Shown in pieces: positions 12,110-23,536 of a DNA stretch of 64,000 bases. Within the stretch, counting starts at the first letter, position 1. Each line of letters starts with the position of its first letter. The stretch lies in NCBI GenBank assembly GCA_002269645.1, contig NIVC01002378.1, forward strand, positions 1-64,000. The letters are read 5' to 3'. Position numbers and translations under genes: made by a program. The notes beneath the pieces were generated by a model. That model saw nothing but the letters and a program-made list of their open reading frames with translations, was not told the origin of the DNA and searched no databases. Source of the stretch: Macrostomum lignano (Eukaryota).

Positions 12110-12655
12110 GTATAGGGATTGGGAAGATGGAGACTGGACGGTGGGGATGGGAAGGCGGAGATGGGATGATGGGGATGGGAAGATGGGAATGTGAATATTG
12201 GAATGGGAAGATGGGATGGGAAGATGGGGATGGGAAGATGGGGATGGGAAAATTAGAATGGGAAGATGGAATGGGAAGATGGGATGGGAAGATGGGGATG
12301 GGAAGATGGGGATGGGAAAATTAGAATGGGAAGATGGGGATGGGAAGATGGGATGGGAAGATGGGGATGGGAAGATGGGGATGGGAAAATTAGAATGGGA
12401 AGATGGGGATGGGAAGATGGGGATGGGAAGATGGGGATGGGAAGATTGGAATGGGAAGATGGGGATGGGAAGATGGGAATCGGCAGTGGGAATATGGGGA
12501 TGAGAAGATTGGGATGGGAAGATGGGAATCGGCGGTGGGTATATGGGGATGAGAAGATTGGGATGGGAAGATGGGGATCGGCGGTAGGATTGTGGGGATG
12601 GGAAGATGGGAATCGGCAGTGGGAATATGGGGATGGGAAGATGGGGATGGGAAGA
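12110..12655. repeat. Purine-rich GGGATGGGAAGATG-type repeat in ZSWIM8 intron 5
   Basis: Directly visible degenerate tandem array. Confidence 0.95.
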
Positions 12656-12770
12656 AAGTGGGACAAGAAAGGAGAAATGGGAAAAAATGAAGAAAGTGGA
12701 AGCGGCCTCCTCCAATCGTAATGAGATCAGGTGAAGCAAGAAACCACATCGCAAATAATAACAAACTAAC

Positions 12771-13413
12771 CTAAACGCAGAGTGCGGCCTTGTCGATTTG
12801 AGCAGCTGATAGAGCTCGTGCTCCTGGTTAAGCAGTTTAACTTCCAGAGCCCGAATTCGAGACGGCGCCCTGGGCAGTGACAGCACGTGTACGCACAGGC
12901 GGAATCGCAAACCGTCTGGCTCGTCTGGCAGTAGGTTGCTCAGAAAAATAGCCTGCCCAATCATGCCAGAGTATAGCTGGGCTACGTCAGTAGTGGCTTG
13001 CTGATCAGACCAAGCCACGCTGTGCTGCTGCTGTTGCTGCTTCTTGGCTTTGCCGCCGCCTTTGCCCTGCTTTTGCATTTTTCCGCCACCATTGGCGCCG
13101 GCATTATTAGCATCGAATCTGACTAGCAGAGCAGCGGAACTGGTGCGCAATACTCGATCATATTCGGCGGCAACACTATCCGATAACAGTTTGTTGGCTA
13201 AGCAGCGAGCCAATTGGCCAGCTTCCCTGGCGTAGCCGTGAGCGTGCAGGGCTTCGCAACGATTGAACAGCAGATTGTGCTGCAGCAGTAGCTCTGGGGT
13301 GGATCTTTGCTGCTGCTGCTGCCTGCCAGCCGTTGACGCCACCTTCTGGCTGTTGACGGCGACTTCTTCGTTTAACTGACCGACTGGGTCAATCGAGGAG
13401 CTCAGTGCAGAAT
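12771..13413 (-). CDS. ZSWIM8: ZSWIM8 exon 5
   Basis: LLFNRCEALHAHGYAREAGQLA...LSLPRAPSRIRALEVKLLNQEHEL matches recalled ZSWIM8 motifs (AEALHAHGY; LEVKLAYQESEL). TTTCAG acceptor and GTTAG donor in phase. Confidence 0.9.
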
Positions 13414-13979
13414 CTGAAAATAAATTAGTATAATAGAATAGTAATGCTAATCATAACAGGTGAGCTCGCTGACTCCCTTGCTAAGACGGGCAGTTCCAGC
13501 TCGCTCCTTGGCCCCGTGCCTCTCTGCCCCCCCTCGCCGCAGTCATTAACCGTCAGATTAACGACTGGGCGGATATCCGGCATTCCCGACTGCCGCCAAT
13601 CCCGAGCGGCAGTGCCCAATCCGTCCCTTAAGTTGCGGAGAATGCTTTTGAACCCCAAAATTGAAAAGATAACCGCCGCGCTCTCATTGCTTTGCCAGGC
13701 ACTGCTTACTCCGAGGCATACATGAGCAACTGCTGGCCGACTTAACCGATCCGGCCACCGTAAATTGTGGTGGACCAGGGGGTAAGTCGCAAAAATGCAC
13801 ACCCAAAAATACTAATTAGATGACGAAGCATTTAGCCCTAATAATACAGTCATAGTTACTTCTGCCGTTTACCTCAGGAGTCGATGTGTCGATTTTTCTT
13901 CAGGATTTCTTTCGCAGGTAAGTCGCATTTTTGGTCAAAAAGTAAGTCGCATGGCCAGTGTAAATCAGGGGGGTTGCGC

Positions 13980-14330
13980 ATGTATGCTCGAGGCGTCCCT
14001 CGGAGTGAACTCTGCCCCTTCTGCAACACACTTTGTCTGCCACTGCCCGGCCTTCAACCGAGACCGGCTCCACCACCTCGAGCCCAACCCGAATCCCTGG
14101 ACGACGCCTGCCGGCCCGAGAACATCCCACGGCTCATCCGGTTCCTCCGGGCTACAAAACGAGCCTTCGTCTTCCCCACCGAAGACCGAAGACAGGCCCA
14201 GAAGACCTCCCTGACGGGCCCCGCGCCCTAGCCTATGCGGGCTTCTCAGTGGGGATTAGCGGAATGGGCCACACTCGCCTCCCCGCTGCGTCTTCGGACC
14301 GCCCTACAGCTGAGTCAAGTGAGTCAAATC
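13980..14330 (+). mobile_element. 5'-truncated, frameshifted LINE 3' end (ORF2 C-terminal CCHC zinc motif) in ZSWIM8 intron 4
   Basis: CPFC...HFVCHCPAFNRDR...LIRFLRATKR spread over shifted frames, ending in a short tandem tail GAGTCAAGTGAGTCAA. Confidence 0.6.
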
Positions 14331-14453
14331 ATAACAGGATTATTTATGATACACTTAATACTATAATTGCTAGTCATTGCTAGCGAAAGTAAAATTTGAC
14401 CAAAATTGACCCAATATTACATCTTTAAGCTTAGTACCCGTAGCTGTACTTAC

Positions 14454-14516
14454 CATCTCTAGCTGTGTCTCGCATATCGCTGAACCCTTCGCTAGATGAA
14501 GATCTTTGCTCGGCCA

Positions 14517-14559
<43 letters not shown>

Positions 14560-14843
14560 CTGCTTTCTAGGCTGCTTCTTGCTCTTTTTACCGCCCATGG
14601 CGTGACCGCCGCCTGGCCCGTAGGCGGAGACCCCGGCAATGCCGCCGGAGCCAATTGACAGGCCGGCGCTTGCCGCCGCCGCCACCGCAGCTGCTGCCGC
14701 CGCCTGAGCGGCCGCCACCGACGAGGCGGCGGTGTTCGACGAGGATGGTAAGTCGAAGTTGTCCCAGGACACCTGGCAGGCTTCGATGGCGGCCTTGAAG
14801 CCGGGGAAAATGTCAAGGTCGCGAGGCCTCACGCTGACGGAAG
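14454..14843 (-). CDS. ZSWIM8: ZSWIM8 exon 4
   Basis: IFPGFKAAIEACQVSWD (human LFPGFRPAVEACYFNWE). CTTCAG acceptor and GTAAG donor in phase. Confidence 0.88.
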
Positions 14844-14874
14844 CTGAAGAGTTTTGTTTGATTTTTTGAGGATC

Positions 14875-15060
14875 TGGGAGGATCGCCCAGCAACTGAGGA
14901 TCTGGTTGTGGGGTGGCCCAGCAACTGAGGATCTGGTTGTGGGGTGGCCCAGCAACTGAGGATCTGGTTGTGGGGTGGCCCAGCAACTGAAGATCTGGTT
15001 GTGGGGTGGCCCAGCAACTGAGGATCTGGGAGGGTGGCACAGCAACTGAGGATCATGAGA
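14875..15060. repeat. 31-bp minisatellite in ZSWIM8 intron 3
   Basis: CCCAGCAACTGAGGATCTGGTTGTGGGGTGG, period 31 (14886 and 14917). Confidence 0.95.
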
Positions 15061-15080
15061 GCTGGCTCCTAGCAACTCAC

Positions 15081-15616
15081 CGCCAGACGAAGCGGAGCGG
15101 GCCTTCTGCACAAAGGCCAGCACTTCGCCGTGATATTTTCGCAGCTGTTGTTCAAGGCCGCAGCGCTGCCGCCGGCTCAGCCTCGGGTCCATGGCGGCCA
15201 GACGCCAGACGTTGACCAGCTCGTCGCAGAAGGAGGCCACAGCGTACTGGATCTGCGGCGGGCTGAGGCTGGCGGCCGGAAATCGCACAGTCTGATTGAA
15301 GGCGGTGAACAGCTTGGTGACAAACCAGGCCAGCACAGCCGGCTCGCAGCGCAGCACCTCGTCGGTGACGCCAGTCAGCAGGGTTCGCGCGTTGCTATCC
15401 CGCCTGCGCAGTAGCTCCCGACCGATCTGCAGAAGATTCCAGACGCCTTCGGGCTCGCGACTGCGCAACGGCTTCAACAAGTTAAGATAGTCCTGCACCG
15501 GGGCCGGCTGATTGCTGTTTAAATAGTGCGGATCGCTCAGCACAACGGGCTGTGGCGAGCAGAATTTGCGCAGAATATTGCTCACGTTCTCTTGCAGACG
15601 GGGGACGTCAACGTAC
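15081..15616 (-). CDS. ZSWIM8: ZSWIM8 exon 3
   Basis: LLKPLRSREPEGVWNLLQIGRELLRRRDSNA...FCDELVNVWRLAAMDP matches recalled LLRPLRGREPEGVWNLLSIVREMFKRRDSNA...MCDEMVTLWRLAVLDP. Confidence 0.95.
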
Positions 15617-15699
15617 CTGAGTGGGTTGAAAATTGGTTGGAATGCGTCTTTATTTGTTAGTGAGGGCGCTTGGAGGATGGGCGCCTTCGAGTGAGTGAC

Positions 15700-16075
15700 A
15701 GTTCTATCCTGAGCCTGGCGCCGCCTGACAGTTTTATTCTGGCGCCGCCTGACAGTTCTATTCTGGCACCGCCTGACAGTTCTATTCTGGCGCCGCCTGA
15801 CAGTTCTATCCTGGCGCCGCCTGACAGTTCTATCCTGGCGCCGCCTGACAGTTCTATTCTAGCGCCGCCTGACGGTTCCATTCTGGCACTTCCTGACAGT
15901 TCTATTCTGGCACTTCCTGACAGTTCTATTCTGGCAATCTGGCGCCGCCTGACAGTTCTATCTTGGCGCCGCCTAACAGTTCTATTCTGGCAATCTGGCG
16001 CCGCCTGACAGTTTTACTCTGGCGCCGTCTGACAGTTTTATTTTGGCGCCGCCTAACAGTTCTATCCTGGCGCAT
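15700..16075. repeat. 24-bp minisatellite (CTGGCGCCGCCTGACAGTTCTATT) in ZSWIM8 intron 2
   Basis: Direct tandem repeats. Confidence 0.95.
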
Positions 16076-16172
16076 CAGACTGACAGTTTAATTTTCTGAC
16101 CCGTATTATGTTATCCATTACAATAACAATGTGTGCTACAATAAGAGGATAAAAAAGCAACAAACTGCTCAC

Positions 16173-16848
16173 CATCTGCTAATATCAGCCAGAGAAGCAC
16201 CAGCCGTGGGATCTGGAGCGCCAGGCGAGTCCCTAATCTCATTGAACGCGGCAGATTTAGACAATAGATTATCCAACAATTGCTGAGCAGGTGGCAGTAT
16301 ATCCGTCGGATTTAGGGACGACAATAGAAACTGGGCAAACTTTCTCAGTTGCACAGGCTGCAGAGTGTTCAGAGTCTCGCTAATCGGCGCATTCATTGGC
16401 ACAGAGTTGGCATTCTTCACCCGGTGCAGGCAGACGGCCACCACGTGCTGGCACCAGACTCTGTTAGCGGAGCCGCACGAGCAGGAGCACTTGACAATTC
16501 TGCACCGATCGAACGACAGTGCCACTTTGTATTGAGAGCCTGGCGCTGTGCAGTTACTAACGCCGGGACACTTGGACACTTTGGCCAAGATTTGGAAGCC
16601 AATTTGAATGCAGTCGGACACAGCGCCCTGCCTATAGAGCTCTTCGCCTTGGGTGAACTCTTCATTAGATCCCGTGGCTAGACAGCAATATAGCCTAATA
16701 TCGTCTTCGCTATCCGGAAAGGAGTAGAATGAGATTTTCAACTGCAACTCTTCCGGCACTGGTGGGTGATGAGTTTCCACTAGTTCGAATGGCAACTTCT
16801 GGGCAATCACTTTGGCGCACAGGTTGGTCAGTTTAAGCGGGCCGCGAT
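16173..16848 (-). CDS. ZSWIM8: ZSWIM8 exon 2 (BC/cullin-box region and SWIM zinc finger)
   Basis: PFELVETHHPPVPEELQLKISFYSFPDSEDDIRLYCCLATGS...FDRCRIVKCSCSCG...WCQHVVAVCL (SWIM CxC-xn-CxH)...GAPDPTAG, near-identical to recalled ZSWIM8. Confidence 0.97.
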
Positions 16849-17251
16849 CTGTTCAAATTATTATAAACAATAGAGTTCACAAAGGGGGTGGTAGCTAACC
16901 CATTGACTTTTCATGGAAAGCTCACATATTTCAGCTAAGCATAAATCCAAATAGAAAATCAATTAAAAAAGATTTTGGTTCTATTGGCATTTCTGAACAA
17001 TTAGTTTATATTATAACCTTTTAACTAGTATTGTAGACCCAGTAGTTGTTTTGTATCATGTAGCATATGACATGACACCAACTTTTAGCATATAAATGTT
17101 TTGTTTATAAGTTAAATGCAATTAAATTTAAGTTCTATATTTTAAACTTTAAACTTAAACTGTCATATTTTACTTAAAATATATTCAATAAAATTTTGTT
17201 AGAATTTCTAGAATTCTAAATGATTATCAAATTTGATTGAATAATCTATAA

Positions 17252-18938
17252 AAATTGAAAGCTTAATATCAACATTTGAATATGATTGCAATTTCTAACA
17301 ACTTCAACATGTTTCGCACGCCATGGTGCATTGTCAGGATTTATTAGAACGATTTGAGAAAGTGAGATAGAAAACAATGGATTAAATATTGGTTTTTGCA
17401 ATGTACACAGGTAGGAGGGTAAGATTGAAAACAATTGATTACAACTTGGCTTTTCCAGGAGAAAACTCCTGGGCTTTGCTACCTCTGGAATCTTTATGTT
17501 TGACAATAAATACTATAGGCAAGTTGATGGCTGTGCCATGGGAAGCCCCTTGGCCCCCACTCTGGCAAATGTCTGCTTGGCCCACTAGGAAACAGAAAAT
17601 TGGATGTCTCTCAATTGTGCCCCCAAATTCTACAGGCGCTACGTCGACGATACGTTTGCCATCTTTGATCAGGAGCAAAAAATTGATCAGTTCCTCCATG
17701 CTCTCAGCTCCACTCATAAGAACATAAAATTCACGGTTGAACATGCTGTTGACCAAAGACTCCCCTTCCTGGACATTGACATTGACTACAGTAAGGAAAC
17801 CTTCTCCACAAAAGTCTTCCATAAGAAAAGCTTTACCAATCTCATTCTCAACTTCCAAGCCACTTGCCCCAGACAATGGAAAACTGGGCTTGTGAGGTGT
17901 TTGCTCCATAGAGCTTTCACTACCTGTAACACCTGGATCAACTTTGACCAGGAGGTGCAGTTCCTCACCAGACTGTTCCATCAAAATGACTACCCATTTG
18001 TCTGGTTCAAAAAATCATCAACAAGTTCATCTTGGACAAAATCACCAAACAAAAACCTAAGCAATCTGTTACCACTGAAGAATTTGAACCCATTCTGCAT
18101 CTCCCCTTCCTTGGACCTCCATCTCTAGCCTTTAAAAACAGAATGCATAGGTTATTGTTTGCCTCTTTCAGTTGTAACATCTGGGTCATCTTCCACACGA
18201 ACAAGATTGGGAACTTTGTTAGCAGACTAAAGTCACGTGTTCCTTGTACTCTGCGTGCAGGTATTGTCTACCAATTTAACTGCTCTGTGGACCAGAGCGT
18301 CTCCTACGTGGGGAAAACCAAAAGACACCTACACACGAGGATCAGGGAACACCTGCTCAAACCATCTGCTATACAAACTCACCTCCTTGAATGCACTAAC
18401 TGCAATGACTGCAAACCAGAAGGACACTTTAAAATCATTGACCAAAGCCATACTGACGCCAAACTTAGAATTCTCAAGGCCCTGCACATAAAAGCTCAGA
18501 CCCCGAATCTCAACACCCAATTACAACATAGTGGTGTAGGTCACATTCTCCGCATTTTCTAAACAGTGAGTGACACAGTCGTATACGCTGTGTACACTTA
18601 ACTCGACGTTCAATTACTTCAGCTACCGCCCCTGATTTTGCCTTTTGACCACTGGACAAGAATTTTGTACATTTGGTTTAATTTTCAATCTCAATCTATA
18701 ATTCTCTCTCCTACCTACCTATGTATGTTGTTAAAGCCAAGTTGTAATCAATTGTTTTCAATCTTACCCTCCTTACCTGTGTACATTGCAAAAACCAATA
18801 TTTAATCAAGTTTTTTTTTCTATCTCACTTTCTTAAATTGTTCTAATAAATCCTGACAATGCACCATGGTGTGCGAAACGCGTTGAAGTTGTTAGAAATT
18901 GCAATCATATTCAAATGTTGATATTAAGCTTTCTATTT
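17252..18938 (+). mobile_element. Penelope-like retroelement (RT plus GIY-YIG endonuclease), 5'-truncated and frameshifted, with an inverted copy of its 3' end at the 5' end
   Basis: QVDGCAMGSPLAP, FYRRYVDDTFAIF, LPFLDIDI, YVGKTKRHLHTRIREH, LHIKAQTPNLN. About 200-bp inverted repeat, 17252-17453 vs 18733-18938. Confidence 0.93.
18841..18897 (+). ncRNA. Minimal type I hammerhead ribozyme-like motif (variant core CUGACAA) in the Penelope pseudo-LTR
   Basis: CTGACAA-T-GCAC(CATGGT)GTGC-GAAAC-GC-GTT, with stem I TTCTAATAAATC / GAAGTTGTTAGAA. Inverted second copy near 17293-17349. Penelope elements are known to carry minimal hammerheads. Confidence 0.6.
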
Positions 18939-19848
18939 ATTCTTCTCGCCAAGCGAGCTACTCTACCAGCATAAAAATTGAGTCTTTTAGATTTCTGCAA
19001 TTTTTGTAAGTTCGAGGCTCAAAAATATAAATAGCAGCCTCTTGAATTTTGCCTAGCTAATACAATAGTTTTGCATAGAGATAGAATTACAATATACCTA
19101 TGTTTAAGTAGGCTTTGTGCAACTTTTTTTCTTTTATTTATCATGTTTTCAATTGTTCATTCAATCATTAATTTTATTTTTATGATTTTATCCTATGTTA
19201 CCCTTTTTAATTTTTAGTGCTTTGTTGACTCTTTTGCAATATAACTAACTGCCTTGAACAATCTATCATCTAGGTAGTTTGGCTAGATTTGTCATGTGTC
19301 AACTAATAGAAGTTTATAAAGATCTTGATCATCATAATATTTTGATTTATAGTCTATAAAAATGATTTCTATACTTTTAACTTTTTGCAAAGATTATAAT
19401 AATTTTTGCAATAGGTTAGAGATAAAGTTGGAGGGTTGCATATGCTGATATGCATATTCCAGCCAATTATTGTTTTTCAATCTAATTTATTATACTATTT
19501 ATGTGCTACTATGAGTACAAGGGGTGTCCCAAAAGTCAGTGCACTTTCTTCACTACAGCCTTTTATGACCAATCAGAAATATTTATTTTGTAGCAGTTAA
19601 CAAGAGAATTATCTGCACATTAAAATGACTTTCTATTTATTTTTGTATCTGCTGCATTCTTGAGATATGAGCACTTTTCTGCCCCACCCCTGTGCTACTT
19701 CTACAAATTGCCATAGACCAAAGCTTTGTACCTGATGCACGAAACAATGAAACATTTAACAAAACATCTGCAACATGAAAGCTGAGGAAAGAATAGTTAA
19801 AAATTAATCATCAACATTGTCCTGAGGCTTCTCCACATAATCACCACT

Positions 19849-21951
19849 GGCTCATTCCATATAAGATGGACATATTTGGAAAATAGAAAAAAGTCAATAT
19901 TTTTGCTTGCCATTGCCTAATTAGCCTATTTTTTTTTACCAAATGTTTATATTGTGCAATATATACAATCTAAGAATAAAGGAATGGTAAAATGTTGGAT
20001 TAGTATGTGTGGTTATCCAGCGTAGCTAGCATAGGCTGCTCCTGGGATCCCCCCTTAGTCAGTTAGTGCTTGGGCTGCAGCAGTGGGAGCTGGGCATAGG
20101 GCTGTCCTTTCCCCTTCTTCCTTGTGCAGGCTCAGGTGTGCAGCTGTCGCGGGACAGGGAGAGAAACTCTCTCCCCCTCTCCCCCTGGCGCAGTCTGCAA
20201 TGGGCTAAAAATAGAAACATTAGTCAGTGGGATATTTCTCCTTTAGTACAGGCTTATTTAGTCAGCGGGAGTGAGAGCATAGCTCTCCGCCCGGGGTAGG
20301 ATCTCGTGGGGTCTTGGTTGCACTCCTTGCATGCGGCAACATGCAAGCAGTGTACCAGCAGGCCATGCGGAGGCTGCATGATGAGGCAGATGTCTTATGG
20401 ACATCTCCAAGATCGCTCCTGGCTCCGGGTAGTCCACGGAACTGCCATGGGATCTGCCACGGAACTGCCTCTGAGCTTCCCATTGGCCCTGAGACCCCCG
20501 AATTTCAGTATAAATACAGAGTAGGTGAAGGCCCAAAGAGACCATCTTCTTTTCGGAGACCGCCTGCTTGGCTTCGAGCAAAGGCTAGTATTCCTAGATG
20601 CTTTTCCTAGACGAACTAGCTTAGGCAGATCGCTAGACGCTTTTCCTAGGGATAACCTGCTAACAAATCTTTGTTGCAGCTGCCATTTGCTCATTAAGAT
20701 TGCCGCAGGTCTTTGTGTCAGTAGCTCGCCAGACCTTCAACACCGTCTGGACCTGGTCTCGTGGCCTACAACCTACACTGTTGGGCAACATCAACTGACG
20801 CACAGTACAGCTTAGGGCGTTTACTGCGACACCAGTTGAGCTACTAAACGATATTTTAGGATCGGCCTGTGACCGTACTCACATTAATAAACGTTTAACT
20901 GACTTGTGTTGTCTTATTTATTTTCTACTTATCAGTAGGCCTACCTAGGGGTAACCTGTCGAGGATATCACCTGTAGACCTACAAGGTGGCAGCAACCCA
21001 ACTACCAATACTCGGTTATTATCTAACTGTACTCAGTGGAGACTAATAGGGGTTAATTTGGACCATAGTGCTAGACCACTCAGGCCAGCTACTGGCCGTG
21101 CTAGATAGCGAGGACAGACAGAGGAAGCAGTAGGCACAGCCATTACACTGGTGGCAGCGGTGGGATAACAAGACCTACCCGACCACCCAGGGAAATCCTT
21201 GTTCTATCTCGGGCGAAAGCCCACGGCATAACACTGGTGGCAGCGGTGGGATAACAAGACCTACCCGACCACCCAGGGAAATCCTTGTTCTATCTCGGGC
21301 GAAAGCCCACGGCATAACATATGTTATCAATTGGCAAAAAGTCATTTTTGTAAAAATTTGGACATTTTTTGAAGCAAAGACATCATTAAGATTTTGTACC
21401 TTTTAAAAACAAATAGAAAGCTTTTGAAGGTTGAAACAAACTATAGATAAAAGTATAGTACTTGCATCATCAGATAAAAGCATTGGTGACCAAATAATCT
21501 ATTATATTTTTAATGTATTAGTACCTCAAAGTTACTGAATTGACAGAAAAAAATATGTTACGACCATAATGTTACGACCATAAGGCTGCCTTTTCTTTTG
21601 TATCTTTGTTGCCTTTTGAGTTTATATATTCTAATAAAAGAGTATGATTTCTAAAGATGTTCTTAGTCAAATTTTAAAAATGTATTGCAAAATATCAAAA
21701 ATGAAAAATGTTATAAGACTTTTACCTTTTAGTTTCTATATGTCAAAAATCCTGTTGTTACGACCATAAGTGTCATTTAAGGTTTAATAGCATCTATACT
21801 AATGATGATATCTATATGAAACTCTATAAATATATTCTAGACAAAATAATCTTTCATTTAAAATATTGGTTTGGTATATTCTATTATTAGATTTCATTTT
21901 ATAAGTAAAAATAACCTGTCATGTTACGACCATGCTTATATGGAATGAGCC
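19849..21951. mobile_element. Non-autonomous TIR DNA transposon, superfamily unassigned, inserted in the mariner TIR
   Basis: Perfect 17-bp TIR GGCTCATTCCATATAAG. Flanking duplication CACT (or CCACTG with a 16-bp TIR). Removal restores the sequence seen in the opposite mariner TIR. Confidence 0.8.
20008..21319 (+). mobile_element. Solo LTR (probably Gypsy-type) with 4-bp TSD TATG and two internal tRNA-Leu PBS units
   Basis: TGT...ACA termini, TATG on both sides (20004-20007, 21320-21323), TATAAATA near 20508, AATAAA near 20886, and TGGTGGCAGCGGTGGGA twice (21149, 21235). Confidence 0.85.
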
Positions 21952-23536
21952 CACTGTGCTGCACACTTCTGCCATTGGCTGTGCATGTTGTCAATGGCAT
22001 TAGTAAAATCTAAGTGTGGCATCTCATTAAAGAGAACTTGGCAAGTCAATGCTTCCAGGCTCTTATGAGTCACAACAAGCAAAGATTCATCCACGCAGCA
22101 GCTTTTTCATCTTTGGAAAGATGGAAAAGTCAGCTGGTGACAAATCCGGAGAGGTGTGGGTATGAGAGCAACTAAAAATTTGCCTGCTTGATTGTCTCTT
22201 CCATATTCTTGGCCATATGGGGATGTGCATTGTCATGGTGCAGAAGGTGCAGAGCTGCAGTACCCAGTGGGCCAAGATTTTGACAGTCATTGTGTGGTGG
22301 AACAGTGAATTTTGGACTGACAAGCATGTCCACAATCTCACAAACTGTCAGTCTGGCATTGGTGTCAAGCAATTCCTGAATTTGTCAATGCTATTGTTGA
22401 TGTCATTGCCAATGGCAGAAGTGTGCAGAACAGTGAACTTTGGACTGACAAGCATGTCCACAATCTCACAAACTGTCAGTCTGGCATTGGTGTCAAGCAA
22501 TTCCTGAATTTGTCAATGCTATTGTTGATGTCATTGCCAATGGCAAAAGTGTGCAGCACAGTGGTGACTATGTGGAGAAGCCTTAGGACAATGTTGATGA
22601 TTAACTTTTAACTGTTCTTTCCTTAGCTTTCATGTTGCAGATGTTTTGTTGAATGTTTTGTTGTTTTGTGCATCAGGTACTTGAAGCTTTGGTCTATGGC
22701 AATTTGTTGAGGTAGCACAGGGGGTGGGGCAGAAAAGTGCTCATATTTCAAGAATGCCAGCAGATACAGAAATAAATAGAAATTCATTTTAATAGGCAGA
22801 TAATTCTCTTGTTAGCTGCTACAAAATAAATATTTCTGATTGGTTAGAAAAGGCTATAGTGAAAAAAGTACACCAACTTTTGGGACACCCCATGTATATA
22901 ACCAATAGCTTATCTATTGTTGTTATGCATCATTATTGAAGGTTATTTATTGAATTTAATTGCAAAACCTTTGGATTTACTATAAACTCCTATAGTCAAA
23001 AAGGTGGCCTTTGCCATAAAAATTCTACTTTATTTATGCTAGCCTTATATGCATATATATATGCATACACTAATGCTTACATTTACTTAGGGGTAGAGGT
23101 CCCTAGTGCACTTGGTGCATAATCATGGCATATATTAAAATCCTCATTTACTAATCCCTAGCATATATAATATAGCAAATAATTGCCTATATAAACCAAT
23201 ACAAAAATCTACAAATTATAAATATTGTCTTCCTATTTATAGCTAGGTAGATTAAAGCAATGTAAAATTAAATGTCGTGTTCAAGTAAAAAAGTGTTTTA
23301 AATAGATTAAAACTCAAACTTTGACCTTTCAAATTATGGATGTTTTTAGTCTAGGCTAACTATTCTAGATAAAGTCTAACTGAGATTAGATTTTTGTTTT
23401 TAAGCAAGATTGAGCAAGAATTTTTATTAAAAAATTGAGATTGAGAAAAATTCAATTGAGAATTAGAGATACAACTGCAGTTATGAATTTGTATAATAGT
23501 ACTTTATAAGTTATATATAAAATGTGGCTTATATTA

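Larger units (their letters stand above)
19518..22894 (-). mobile_element. Defective mariner (Tc1/mariner) element with long (over 330 bp) TIRs and TA TSD, host to nested insertions
   Basis: TA-CAAGGGGTGTCCCAAAAGT ... ACTTTTGGGACACCCCATG-TA. Transposase relic LHHDNAHPH / SPDLSPADFSIFPKMKKLLRG. Internal duplication of about 126 bp at 22.3-22.55 kb. Confidence 0.88.

Noticed and set aside
10102-12764. Pro/Ser-rich and Gly/Trp-rich ORFs
   Set aside because: They derive from intronic minisatellites or are antisense to the ZSWIM8 polyQ exons.
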